This document shows positions 41,009 through 52,479 of a stretch of 64,000 nt of DNA, one piece after another. Within the stretch, counting starts at the first letter, position 1. Each line of letters starts with the position of its first letter. The translations under genes were made by a program, and so were the position numbers. Location: the NCBI GenBank assembly GCA_963814585.1, contig CAWFDF010000008.1, positions 192,001 to 256,000 of the forward strand, given 5' to 3'. Origin of the DNA: an uncultured delta proteobacterium (lineage in GTDB: Bacteria > Myxococcota > Myxococcia > Myxococcales > Anaeromyxobacteraceae). The notes beneath the pieces were generated by a model, which was not told the origin of the DNA, did not search any database, and saw only the letters and a list, made by a program, of their open reading frames with translations.

Positions 41009-41025
41009 TTGGCCCCATCCTTGCT
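41009..41025 (+). promoter_or_regulatory. Sigma54 (-24/-12) promoter
   Basis: TTGGCCCCATCCTTGCT, GG-N10-GC. Confidence 0.82.
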
Positions 41026-41048
41026 GAACGTCTCCCCCGGAGGCGCGA

Positions 41049-41258
41049 ATGACTTGCCCGTATCGGAAAGAGGTCTCGATGGTCTTCTGCCGGGCCTACC
41101 CGGTGAAGAAGCTGGTCCCGATCGATCGAGTCACCACCGCGAGCACCTGCGAAGGCGAGGGCTTCCGGACCTGCGCGGCCTACGCCGAGGCGGCGGGACG
41201 CAGCTGGCGAGGGAACGTGGACGAAGACGACACCCTGGAGGGGGCGGGCCATTCCTGA
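41049..41258 (+). CDS. Small four-cysteine protein
   Basis: GGAGG RBS; MTCPY..C..C..C; first gene after the sigma54 promoter. Confidence 0.7.
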   Translation: MTCPYRKEVSMVFCRAYPVKKLVPIDRVTTASTCEGEGFRTCAAYAEAAGRSWRGNVDEDDTLEGAGHS

Positions 41259-41279
41259 ATGGACCCGAGGGAGACAGCC

Positions 41280-42158
41280 ATGAGGATGACGAGGCGAGCG
41301 TTCTTCAAGGTGGCGGGCGTCACGGCCGGCACCGGTCTTGCCGTGGCGGCCACGGCGCGGGCGGCGGACCCGGCCCCGGCCGACGAGTCGCTCCCCGGCG
41401 TGCTGGTCGACACCACCCGCTGCGCCGGCTGCCGGGCCTGCGAGGCGGCCTGCGCCGAGACCAACAAGAACCCGGCCCCCGCCGAGAGCGCCGACATGTC
41501 GGTGCGCCGCGACACCAGCCAGCACGTCTTCACGGTGATCAACCGGGCCGAGGGCCCGGGTGGCGTGGAGCGCTTCGCGAAGAAGCAGTGCATGCACTGC
41601 CTCGCCCCGGCCTGCGCCTCGGCCTGCCCGGTCCGGGCCATGGACAAGCTCCCCACCGGCCCGGTGGTCTACGACGCGTCCAAGTGCATGGGCTGCCGCT
41701 ACTGCATGGTGGCCTGCGCCTTCGACATCCCCAAGTACGAGTACGAGCGGGCCGCGCCGCGCGTGCGCAAGTGCACCTTCTGCGCCGAGCGCCAGGCCGA
41801 GGGCCTCGAGCCGGCCTGCACCTCGGTCTGCCCCACCGGCGCGCTCACCTTCGGCAAGCGGGCCGCGCTGCTCGAGGAGGCCAAGCGGCGCATCTACGCC
41901 GAGGGCTCCAGGTACGTGCGCCGCGTCTACGGCGAGCGCGAGGCCGGCGGCACCAGCTGGCTCTACATCTCGGACATCCCCTTCGAGCAGCTGGCGCTCA
42001 ACACCGGGATGCCGGAGCGCCCGTACACCGAGCTGGTGGCCGGCGCGCTGGGCGCTCCCCCCTTCGTCATGACGCTCTGGCCGCCGCTGCTGATGGGGCT
42101 CTACACGTTCTCGAAGCGCCGTGAAGAGGTCGAGGAGAAGGAGGAGCACCATGGCTAA
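41280..42158 (+). CDS. Tat-exported 4x[4Fe-4S] protein, HybA/HmcB-like
   Basis: TRRAFFK Tat motif; CAGCRACEAAC, CMHCLAPACASACP, CMGCRYCMVAC, KCTFC..PAC..VCP; E.GGTSWLY; C-terminal TM. Confidence 0.9.
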   Translation: MRMTRRAFFKVAGVTAGTGLAVAATARAADPAPADESLPGVLVDTTRCAGCRACEAACAETNKNPAPAESADMSVRRDTSQHVFTVINRAEGPGGVERFAKKQCMHCLAPACASACPVRAMDKLPTGPVVYDASKCMGCRYCMVACAFDIPKYEYERAAPRVRKCTFCAERQAEGLEPACTSVCPTGALTFGKRAALLEEAKRRIYAEGSRYVRRVYGEREAGGTSWLYISDIPFEQLALNTGMPERPYTELVAGALGAPPFVMTLWPPLLMGLYTFSKRREEVEEKEEHHG

Positions 42159-43374
42159 CGCCACCGCCGCTTCGCTGGCCGGCAGCTCGTCGTTCTTCCG
42201 CGAGAAGATCTTGCTGGGCATGGGCTGGGGCGAGTACCTCCGCTCCCTGCTCACTCCGGGCAACGCCGTGGCCGCCGTCATCCTGGTGGTCGGCCTCCCG
42301 CTGCTCGCCTACCGGTTCGCGGCCGGCCTGGGCGCCACCACGGCCCTGTCCCAGGCCTACCCCTGGGGCCTCTGGATCGGCTTCGACATGATGACCGGCA
42401 TCGTCCTCGCCGCCGGGGGCTTCACCGTCGGGGCCACGGTCCAGCTGCTCGGCCTGAAGGACTACCACGCCATCGAGCGGTCGGCGATCCTCACCGCCTT
42501 CCTCGGCTACCTGATGGCGATCTTCGGCCTGCTGGCCGACCTGGGCCGGCCCTGGAACATCGTCCAGGCCATCTTCAACTACGGCACCGCCTCGGCCCTC
42601 TTCGAGGTCGCCTGGTGCGTGATGTGCTACTCGACCGTCCTCTTCCTGGAGTTCACCCTGCCCTTCTTCGAGTGGCTCGGCTGGCGGCGCATCCACGCCG
42701 TCCTCAAGAAGGCGCTCATCGCCCTCACCGTGATGTCGGTGGTCTTCTCCACCATGCACCAGTCGGCGCTCGGGTCGCTCTTCCTGCTGGCGCCCACCAA
42801 GCTCCACCCGCTCTGGTACTCGCCCTTCATCTTCATCTTCTTCTTCATCTCGGCGATCCTGGCCGGGATCGCCATGGCCATCATCGAGAGCTCCATCTCG
42901 CACCGGGTCTTCGCCCGCCAGCTGGGTGGGCAGCACGTCGACGTGGACAAGCTGGTGGTCGGCCTCGGCAAGGCCGGCGCGGTGGTGTCCTTCGCCTACT
43001 TCTTCATCAAGCTGCAGGGCGTCATCGACGGACACGCCTGGGGTCACCTGGCCACCGGGTGGGGCGCGCTCTTCCTCGTCGAGACCGTCGGCCTGGTGCT
43101 GGTCCCCTCCTTCCTCTTCGCCTACGGTGCCCGCAACGGCCAGGCCGGGCCCGTCAAGCTGGCGGCGGTGCTGACGGTGTGCGGCATCATCCTCAACCGG
43201 CTCAACGTCGCGGTCATCGCCTTCAACTGGACCAACCCCGTCCGGTACGCGCCGAGCTGGATGGAGGTCTGGGTCTCGATCACGCTGGTCACGCTCGGCG
43301 TCGTCGCCTTCCGGTGGATCGTCAACCGCATGCCGATCCTCCGTGAGGACCCGGCCTTCCCGCAGGAACACTGA
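42151..43374 (+). CDS. NrfD-family integral membrane protein, HybB/HmcC-like
   Basis: YPWGLWIGFD, LAAGGF, AILTAFLGY, DLGRPW, STMHQSALG, KLHPLWYS, RLNV, Y.PSW.E. Confidence 0.9.
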   Translation: MANATAASLAGSSSFFREKILLGMGWGEYLRSLLTPGNAVAAVILVVGLPLLAYRFAAGLGATTALSQAYPWGLWIGFDMMTGIVLAAGGFTVGATVQLLGLKDYHAIERSAILTAFLGYLMAIFGLLADLGRPWNIVQAIFNYGTASALFEVAWCVMCYSTVLFLEFTLPFFEWLGWRRIHAVLKKALIALTVMSVVFSTMHQSALGSLFLLAPTKLHPLWYSPFIFIFFFISAILAGIAMAIIESSISHRVFARQLGGQHVDVDKLVVGLGKAGAVVSFAYFFIKLQGVIDGHAWGHLATGWGALFLVETVGLVLVPSFLFAYGARNGQAGPVKLAAVLTVCGIILNRLNVAVIAFNWTNPVRYAPSWMEVWVSITLVTLGVVAFRWIVNRMPILREDPAFPQEH

Positions 43375-43394
43375 GCGGGCCATCCAGGGGGGCT

Positions 43395-43422
43395 GCGGCG
43401 CCGCGCTCATGCGCGGCGCCGC
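43395..43422 (+). terminator. Perfect 12-bp hairpin after the HybB-like gene
   Basis: GCGGCGCCGCGC-TCAT-GCGCGGCGCCGC followed by GTCATTTC (weak U tract). Confidence 0.45.
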
Positions 43423-43591
43423 GTCATTTCCGGGCCGCCCGGGACCCTTCCGCCTCCTCACCCCCTCGGACCAGGCCCGGGACCGGCCCGCACCGGACTC
43501 GACGCCAGCCAGGCGGCGCGCGCCCCCGCGGCCGGCCGGGTCCAGCCCGGCGAGGAGCTGCCTGGGCGCCGTGCGCCACCGTGGACCTGGT

Positions 43592-43664
43592 GCCCGTAGA
43601 GCGCCGTCGAAGTTCTCCACACATCCCCTCCACGACTGTAGAGCGCCGTTGAGTTCCTCCACGC
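43592..43664 (+). promoter_or_regulatory. Enhancer (UAS) copy 2, 73 bp
   Basis: GTAGAGCGCCGTCGAAGTTCTCCAC and GTAGAGCGCCGTTGAGTTCCTCCAC units 42 bp apart. Confidence 0.8.
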
Positions 43665-43757
43665 TTCCCTGCGGGAGCCCGTCCCCACCGGACGCGGTGG
43701 CACCTTCACCTACCTGGAAGTACGGGCCATTTGGCGTCGCCGCCGGGCCGAGCCGAC

Positions 43758-43774
43758 TTGGCCGCATCCTTGCT
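43758..43774 (+). promoter_or_regulatory. Sigma54 (-24/-12) promoter
   Basis: TTGGCCGCATCCTTGCT, 16/17 identical to the 41009 promoter. Confidence 0.82.
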
Positions 43775-43822
43775 ACTGCTCTCCATGGAGTCGCGAAGTA
43801 CCCGCCCGCAACGGAGACGGCA

Positions 43823-44563
43823 ATGACCCACGAATTCCTCAGCATCTACCCGGCCAAGCTCATGGAGTACGGCCTGGCGATCACCTACCTGCTGCTCTTC
43901 ATCCCCATGTGGCGCTACGTGCAGGGTGGCCGCCGCCAGGCCGCGGAGGCCGTGGTGCGCGGGCGCCGCGACGCCGAGCGCTGGCCTGCCGTCGCGGTGG
44001 CGGCCCCGTGGCCGAGCCTCGGCTGGTTCCAGGTCCCGGCAGGCGTGGCCCTCCACCCGGGTCACACCTGGGCCCGGCTCGACGCCGACGGCACCGTGGC
44101 GGTGGGCGTGGATGACTTCGCCCAGCGGCTGGTGGCGCCGACCCGCATCGAGCTGCCGCGCGCCGGCGCCGTGGTGGCGCAGGGTGAGTCGGCCGTGGCG
44201 CTGGGCGACGGCCACCGCACCGTGCCGCTGGTCTCCCCGGTCAACGGGACGGTGGTGGCGGTGAACCGCGCCGTGGCCGAGACCCCGGACCTGCTCCAGG
44301 ACCCCTACGGCGCCGGCTGGCTCTTCAAGGTGAAGGCCCCGCGGCTCGAGGCCGACCAGCGGCAGCTGCTCCACGCCCAGTCGGCGCGCCACTTCCTGGA
44401 TGGCGAGGCGGAGGCCCTGGCGATGCGGGCCAGCCCGGAGGTCGGACAGGTGCTGCAGGACGGCGGCGTGCCGGTCCACGGGCTGGCCCGGGCGCTGGCC
44501 GGGGACGCCGGCTGGGACGCGCTGGCCCGCGAGTTCTTCCACACCGAGAAGGGGACGCCATGA
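43823..44563 (+). CDS. Membrane-anchored glycine cleavage H-like protein lacking the lipoyl-Lys (His at that position)
   Basis: N-terminal TM; HPGHTW, VGVDDFAQ, SPVNG.V..VN, DPYGAGW; LGDGHR in place of AESVKA; C-terminal DGG extension. Confidence 0.85.
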   Translation: MTHEFLSIYPAKLMEYGLAITYLLLFIPMWRYVQGGRRQAAEAVVRGRRDAERWPAVAVAAPWPSLGWFQVPAGVALHPGHTWARLDADGTVAVGVDDFAQRLVAPTRIELPRAGAVVAQGESAVALGDGHRTVPLVSPVNGTVVAVNRAVAETPDLLQDPYGAGWLFKVKAPRLEADQRQLLHAQSARHFLDGEAEALAMRASPEVGQVLQDGGVPVHGLARALAGDAGWDALAREFFHTEKGTP

Positions 44564-44907
44564 CCACCACGCTCCGTCGGGCCCTGCGGATGACCAGCGC
44601 CGTCGTGCTGCTGGGCGCCGGCCTGGCCCTGGCCTACGAGCTGCCCCGCCTTCCCGGGCCCGTCGCCCTGAAGCGAGGCGCCGACAGCCCCGGCCTGGTG
44701 ACCTTCCGGCACGAGAGCCACGTCGACTCGGCCAAGCCCACCTGCCTGGCCTGCCACCCGGAGCGGTTCAGCCTGCTCGGCCGCACCGCCACCGAGAAGC
44801 GGCCGGACATCACCCACGATCGCATGACCGGGGGGCGCGACTGCGGCGCCTGCCACGGGAAGGAGGCCTTCGGCCTGGACGACTGCACCAACTGTCACGC
44901 GGAGTGA
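44560..44907 (+). CDS. Periplasmic trihaem c7-type cytochrome
   Basis: Signal peptide, VTFRHESH, CLACH, CGACH, CTNCH. Confidence 0.9.
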   Translation: MTTTLRRALRMTSAVVLLGAGLALAYELPRLPGPVALKRGADSPGLVTFRHESHVDSAKPTCLACHPERFSLLGRTATEKRPDITHDRMTGGRDCGACHGKEAFGLDDCTNCHAE

Positions 44908-44958
44908 GCGTAGCGTCACGGATGACCGCATCATGCTGAAAGGAAGAAGGAGACTGTC

Positions 44959-45660
44959 ATGACCACCATCTACGGAGCCATCGAACTGGTTGCGGTGTTC
45001 CTCGTCGGGCTGGCCGCGCGCGCCGGCATCGTCCTCGCCCTCGTCGTCTTGCTGGCCATCCCGGTCCTGCTCATCGCCGCCATGATGCGCGGCGCCGGCG
45101 AGCTGAAGAAGAGGTCGCTCGGCCTCCGCGAGGTGGCTGGGCTCATCTTCCGGCCCGACGCCTGGTACAGCGCCGGCCACACCTGGATGACCCGGCTCGC
45201 CGGTGGCTCGCTCCGCATCGGCCTCGATGCCCTCGCCCTCCGGCTCATGCCCACCGTCAACGGCGTCGAGCTGAAGCCGGCCGGGACCCGCGTCACCAGG
45301 GGCGCGACCATCGCCACCATCCACGCCGGCGCCCGCTCGCTGGCGATCCGCTCCCCGGTCGACGGCGTGGTGGTGGCCGCCAACGCCGCCGCGCTCCGCG
45401 ACCCGTCACTGGTCAAGAGCGACGGCTATGGCCGCGGCTGGCTGGTCACCGTGGCTCCCGCCAACATGGCCTTCGCCGACCTGCCCAGCGGCCGCTCCGC
45501 CGAGAAGTTCCTCCGCGAGGAGGCGGCGCGCTGGAACCACTTCGTCGAGGGTCGGCTCGGCTACGCGGCCGCCGACGGCGGCGAGCTGACGGCGCCGGCG
45601 CCCTGGCTGCTCGGCGACGAGGGCTGGCGCGAGCTGGCCGACGCCTTCGTCGACCGCTGA
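44959..45660 (+). CDS. Second membrane-anchored glycine cleavage H-like protein lacking the lipoyl-Lys (Ala at that position)
   Basis: N-terminal TM; YSAGHTW, RIGLD, SPVDG.V...N, DGYGRGWL; IHAGAR in place of AESVKA; DGG extension. Confidence 0.85.
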   Translation: MTTIYGAIELVAVFLVGLAARAGIVLALVVLLAIPVLLIAAMMRGAGELKKRSLGLREVAGLIFRPDAWYSAGHTWMTRLAGGSLRIGLDALALRLMPTVNGVELKPAGTRVTRGATIATIHAGARSLAIRSPVDGVVVAANAAALRDPSLVKSDGYGRGWLVTVAPANMAFADLPSGRSAEKFLREEAARWNHFVEGRLGYAAADGGELTAPAPWLLGDEGWRELADAFVDR

Positions 45661-45662
45661 GC

Positions 45663-46106
45663 TCAGCGGCCGGGTCCCGCCTCGCGGCGGTCCAGGCGCG
45701 GCTCCCGGCGGCCCGGTCCAGGGTCGCCGGCGGGCCGCGCCGGCGTTTCCGGGTGCCGGCGGGCCAGCCCCCAAGCCGATGGTGACCCGTGCCGCGCCCC
45801 AGGCAAGATGACGTGACGAGAGAGCCGAGACCGAAGCGAGGCTGGCGCCCGAGGAGGGAGCAGCGGAAGCGTAGCAGCGCTACGCTGAGCAGCGGACCGA
45901 CGAGGCCGCCTGCCGCAGCGAGAGGATCGGCTCTCGCAGTAGGCATCTTGCCTGGGGCGCGGCACGAGCCCCGGGAGCGGCAGCGCCGCCACGAAGAGGA
46001 GGCCGAGCACCGGCGCGGCGACGAGGAGCAGCGGCGTCGGGACGAGGCGCCGGGGCCGCCGGGGTGGCGAGGCCGGCCGGGCGGCTCCTCGAGGGCCCGG
46101 CCTCAC
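45663..46106 (-). CDS. Small membrane protein ORF carrying an in-frame MITE insertion
   Basis: VPTPLLLVAAPVLGLLFVAALP hydrophobic segment; GTG overlaps the kinase TGA; frame stays open across the 177-bp repeat. Confidence 0.4.
   Translation of the reverse strand: MRPGPRGAARPASPPRRPRRLVPTPLLLVAAPVLGLLFVAALPLPGLVPRPRQDAYCESRSSRCGRRPRRSAAQRSAATLPLLPPRAPASLRSRLSRHVILPGARHGSPSAWGLARRHPETPARPAGDPGPGRREPRLDRREAGPGR
45789..45965. mobile_element. Full-length (177 bp) MITE-like element
   Basis: Perfect 22-bp TIR GTGCCGCGCCCCAGGCAAGATG; interior nearly identical (inverted) to 56675-56855. Confidence 0.88.
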
Positions 46107-47755
46107 TCGGCGACCAGCTCGCCACCACCCGTCCCCGGCTCGACGGCCGGGAGCCGGATGACGAAGCGCGCCCCGTGGCCCGGTGCGCGCTCCACGTCGA
46201 TGCGCCCACCGTGCCGTGTCACGATGCCGTAGACCACGGAGAGGCCGAGGCCGGTGCCCTTCTCCTTGGTGGTGAAGAACGGGTCGAAGATCTTGCGGAG
46301 GTTCTCGGGTGAGATGCCCGGCCCGGTGTCCTCGACGGCGATCTCGACGGTCCGGCCCCCGTCGGCGACCCGGGTCTCCAGCAGCAGCGTGCCGCCCTCC
46401 CCCATGGCCTCCATGGCGTTGAGGGCGAGGTTGACCACGGCCTGCCGCAGCTCGCCGAAGTCGGCCAGGACCGGCGGAAGCGGCTGGAGCCTGCGGTCGA
46501 GCCGGAGGCCGGCGATGCTGAGCTTGTGGCCGACGAGCTGGATCGACTCCTCGATGGCGGCGTTGGCGTCGACCGGCTCGAGCTTGAGCGGCCGCTCGCG
46601 GGCGAAGTCGAGCAGGTTGCGGACGATGGCCGAGCAGCGCCCGGCCTCCCGCTCCACCAGCGACAGGTTCCGGGTGAGCGTGGCGCGGCTGGCCGGGTCG
46701 GGGACGGCGGTCTCGAGCTGGCGCGTGACCAGCTTGGCGAAGGTGAGGATGCCGGCCAGGGGGTTGTTGATCTCGTGGGCGATCGACGCCGAGAGCTGGC
46801 CGAGCGAGGAGAGCTTCTCGGTCTGGACCAGCGCCGCCTGGGCCCTGCGCAGGTCGGCGGTCCGATCCTCGACCTTCTGCTCCAGCTCGACGTTGAGCGA
46901 CCTCAGGTCACCCTCGACGCGGCGCAGCGAATGGGTCATCTCGTTGAACGACCTGGCCAGGACCCCCAGCTCGCCGCGGTCGTCGACCTGGATCTCCTGG
47001 TCGAGCTGATCACGGGCGATCCGGCGGGTGCCCTCGAGGATGGCGGAGACCGGCTGGACCACCCTGCGGCGCGCGAAGGTGACCAGGGTCCCGCCGAGCA
47101 GCGTCACGCCGAGCACGGCCGCGGCCAGCCCGAACACCCGGGCCATGGACTGCCGGCGATCGGCCTCCTCGAGCGAGACCAGCACCTCCTGGATGCCCAG
47201 CACCTGGTCGCCGCGCGCATGGTGGTGGCAGGTCGAGGAGGAGCAGCGGGCCTCGTTGTGGATGGGGGTGATGACGTGGAGGGCGCGGTGCCCTTCCATC
47301 TCCACGACCCGGCTGGCCCGGTCGACGCTGAGCCGGGCGAGCGGCTGGGGGCCCTGGTGGCAGGGGCGGCACGACTCCTCGGTGCGATCGAGGATCAGCC
47401 CCTCCTCGCCGGAGACCGTGGAGAAGGTGATGGTGCCGTCCTTGTTGAAGACGCGGACCAGGTCGATGCCGGGCTGGCGCCCGATGGCCCGCATGATCTC
47501 GTAGGCGTCGGACCGGCGGTCCTCCAGCATGGCCCGCCGCGTGGCGCTGGAGATGGTCTCGCCGAAGAGGACCGCCCCGGAGAGGGCCTGCTCCATGAGC
47601 GCCTGGCGCATGGTCCGCTCGAAGGCGCCGTAGGCGATGAGCGAGCCGACGAAGAGGATGGCGGTCAGCGAGAGGAGCTGCGTGGAGAGCCGGTGGCGCC
47701 ACGGGATCCTCGCCGTGGGGTCCTGCTGCGGACCGGAGGTGGGTCCCCGCCTCAT
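46103..47755 (-). CDS. Membrane sensor histidine kinase with periplasmic c-haem motifs (intact kinase)
   Basis: TM-CRPCH-CSSSTCH-TM-HAMP; AHEINNPL, QAVVNLALNA, DTGPGI, FDPFFTTK, GTGLGL. Confidence 0.9.
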   Translation of the reverse strand: MRRGPTSGPQQDPTARIPWRHRLSTQLLSLTAILFVGSLIAYGAFERTMRQALMEQALSGAVLFGETISSATRRAMLEDRRSDAYEIMRAIGRQPGIDLVRVFNKDGTITFSTVSGEEGLILDRTEESCRPCHQGPQPLARLSVDRASRVVEMEGHRALHVITPIHNEARCSSSTCHHHARGDQVLGIQEVLVSLEEADRRQSMARVFGLAAAVLGVTLLGGTLVTFARRRVVQPVSAILEGTRRIARDQLDQEIQVDDRGELGVLARSFNEMTHSLRRVEGDLRSLNVELEQKVEDRTADLRRAQAALVQTEKLSSLGQLSASIAHEINNPLAGILTFAKLVTRQLETAVPDPASRATLTRNLSLVEREAGRCSAIVRNLLDFARERPLKLEPVDANAAIEESIQLVGHKLSIAGLRLDRRLQPLPPVLADFGELRQAVVNLALNAMEAMGEGGTLLLETRVADGGRTVEIAVEDTGPGISPENLRKIFDPFFTTKEKGTGLGLSVVYGIVTRHGGRIDVERAPGHGARFVIRLPAVEPGTGGGELVAE

Positions 47756-47829
47756 GGTTCGCCGCGCCTGGGCATGGTCCTGGATGTCATCATCCCCCTT
47801 GGAGGCACGCGCGCGCCGTCGAGACGTCG

Positions 47830-47908
47830 GTGCCCAGACCCCGGCAAGGTGCCTGCAGCGAGAGGATCGGCCCTCTCGTCGCGTCATCCTGCCTGGGTCA
47901 CGGCACTA
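47830..47908. mobile_element. Short degenerate copy of MITE-like family
   Basis: GTGCCCAGACCCCGGCAAGGTGCC...GAGAGGATCGGC...CATCCTGCCTGGGTCACGGCACTAG. Confidence 0.7.
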
Positions 47909-48064
47909 GCATGCACCGGGCCGGACCCGGACCGTCGCAGGGGGGGCGAGACATTCGGGCGCGTGGCGAATCGCCGCGGGCGCCTGGCGCCAGGGGATGC
48001 GGGTCGGGCCGCCGGCGGCGAGGAGGTCCTTTCCGCCGCGCCCGGTCGGTGGTGGGATACCGGC

Positions 48065-48853
48065 ATGACGCCAGCCCAGCACCGTTCCTTCACCGAGTCG
48101 GTCCTCGCCCGGGTCGCCGCCGATCACGACGTCCTGGGCCTGGTCGGGCTCGGCTCGACCTCGGGCCTGCCGCCCGGGCCCGACGACTTCTCGGACCACG
48201 ATCTCTTCGTGATCACCCGCCCCGGAGCCCAGGAGCGCTACCGCCGGGACCTGGGCTGGCTCCCGGGCTCCGCGGGGCCGGTGGCGCTCTCGCTCCGCGA
48301 GACGGCCCACGGGGTGAAGGTGCTGTTCCAGGATGGCCACCTCGTCGAGTTCGCCGCCTTCGACCTCGAGGAGCTGGCGCTGGCGAAGGTCAACCGGTAC
48401 GCCGTGCTCCTCGACCGGGCCGACGTGGCGGCCCGGCTCTCGAGGGTGCGTGAGGCCACCGCCGCCGCGGTCGCCGGCCAGCACGTGGACGAGGCCTGGC
48501 AGGCCGGCCAGCTCCTCACCACGCTGGTCGCCGGGGCGGGGCGGGCCGCTCGAGGCGAGCGCCTCTCGGCTCACCAGCTGATCCGGGTGGCGGCGCTCGG
48601 CCACCTGGTCGCGCTCCTGCGCGCCGCCCTGCCCCCGGGGGCCACGGAGGTGCTCGACGACCTGGATCCGTACCGCCGCCTGGAGCGGGCCCTCCCCGAG
48701 GCGGCGCGACGGATCGAGGAGGCCCTGCGCCTGACCGCGGTCGGCGCCGCGGGCGCGCTGCTGGCGATCCTGCTCGACGAGCGGCCGGGGCTGGTCGGCC
48801 CGCTGGCCCGGTCGGCGGTCGAGCGGGCCCTGGAGCGGGCCTCGGCGGCCTGA
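48065..48853 (+). CDS. Pol-beta-superfamily nucleotidyltransferase-like protein
   Basis: GLVGLGS...DDFSDHDLFV motif, third acidic residue in LVEFAAF, helical C-terminal domain. Confidence 0.7.
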   Translation: MTPAQHRSFTESVLARVAADHDVLGLVGLGSTSGLPPGPDDFSDHDLFVITRPGAQERYRRDLGWLPGSAGPVALSLRETAHGVKVLFQDGHLVEFAAFDLEELALAKVNRYAVLLDRADVAARLSRVREATAAAVAGQHVDEAWQAGQLLTTLVAGAGRAARGERLSAHQLIRVAALGHLVALLRAALPPGATEVLDDLDPYRRLERALPEAARRIEEALRLTAVGAAGALLAILLDERPGLVGPLARSAVERALERASAA

Positions 48854-49160
48854 GCCCGCCACCTTGAGGCGCGTGGCCCCGCCCACCGGCGGCGAGCTGC
48901 CGCCGAGCGCGTGGTGGGAGCACGGGGTGCCGGCCGGCCTGGCCCGACCCGCTGCGTCGCGGGGCTGCGACGAATTGTCCTCGCACTCCCGGTCATGGTC
49001 CCGGGCCCGGATCCGGCGCGGCCCTGGACCCCGCTGCCGAGGGCCTCGCGACGTGGATTCCCCGTGGTCAGGGCCCGCCGCAAGCGCCATTTCTGGCCCG
49101 GACGGGTCCAGTATGAGCGAATCCAATGCCTTGACAGGTGCGCCCACTCTTGATGTTTAG

Positions 49161-52421
<3,261 letters not shown>

Positions 52422-52447
52422 CTCCCGGCTCCTCGAGCCGAAGTCCG

Positions 52448-52479
52448 GAGGCCCCGGCCGCGATCGCGACCGGGGCCTC
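52448..52479 (+). terminator. GC hairpin after mdh
   Basis: GAGGCCCCGG...CCGGGGCCTC stem; no U tract. Confidence 0.4.

Noticed and set aside
41256..41282. TGA of the Cys4 mini-protein is in frame with the downstream 4Fe-4S gene (possible Sec readthrough, given selC)
   Set aside because: The TGA is not at a Cys-like position, the downstream gene has its own GGGAG RBS, and fusion would bury the Tat signal; no convincing SECIS seen
41280..43374. Hydrogenase-2 (hyb) operon
   Set aside because: No NiFe large or small subunit or maturation genes in the window
43823..45660. Calling these genes gcvH of a glycine cleavage system
   Set aside because: Lipoyl-Lys absent, TM anchors present, no gcvP/T/L in the window
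49131..49160. TTGACA upstream of icd as a sigma70 promoter
   Set aside because: No convincing -10 hexamer at 16-18 bp spacing, so not listed as a feature
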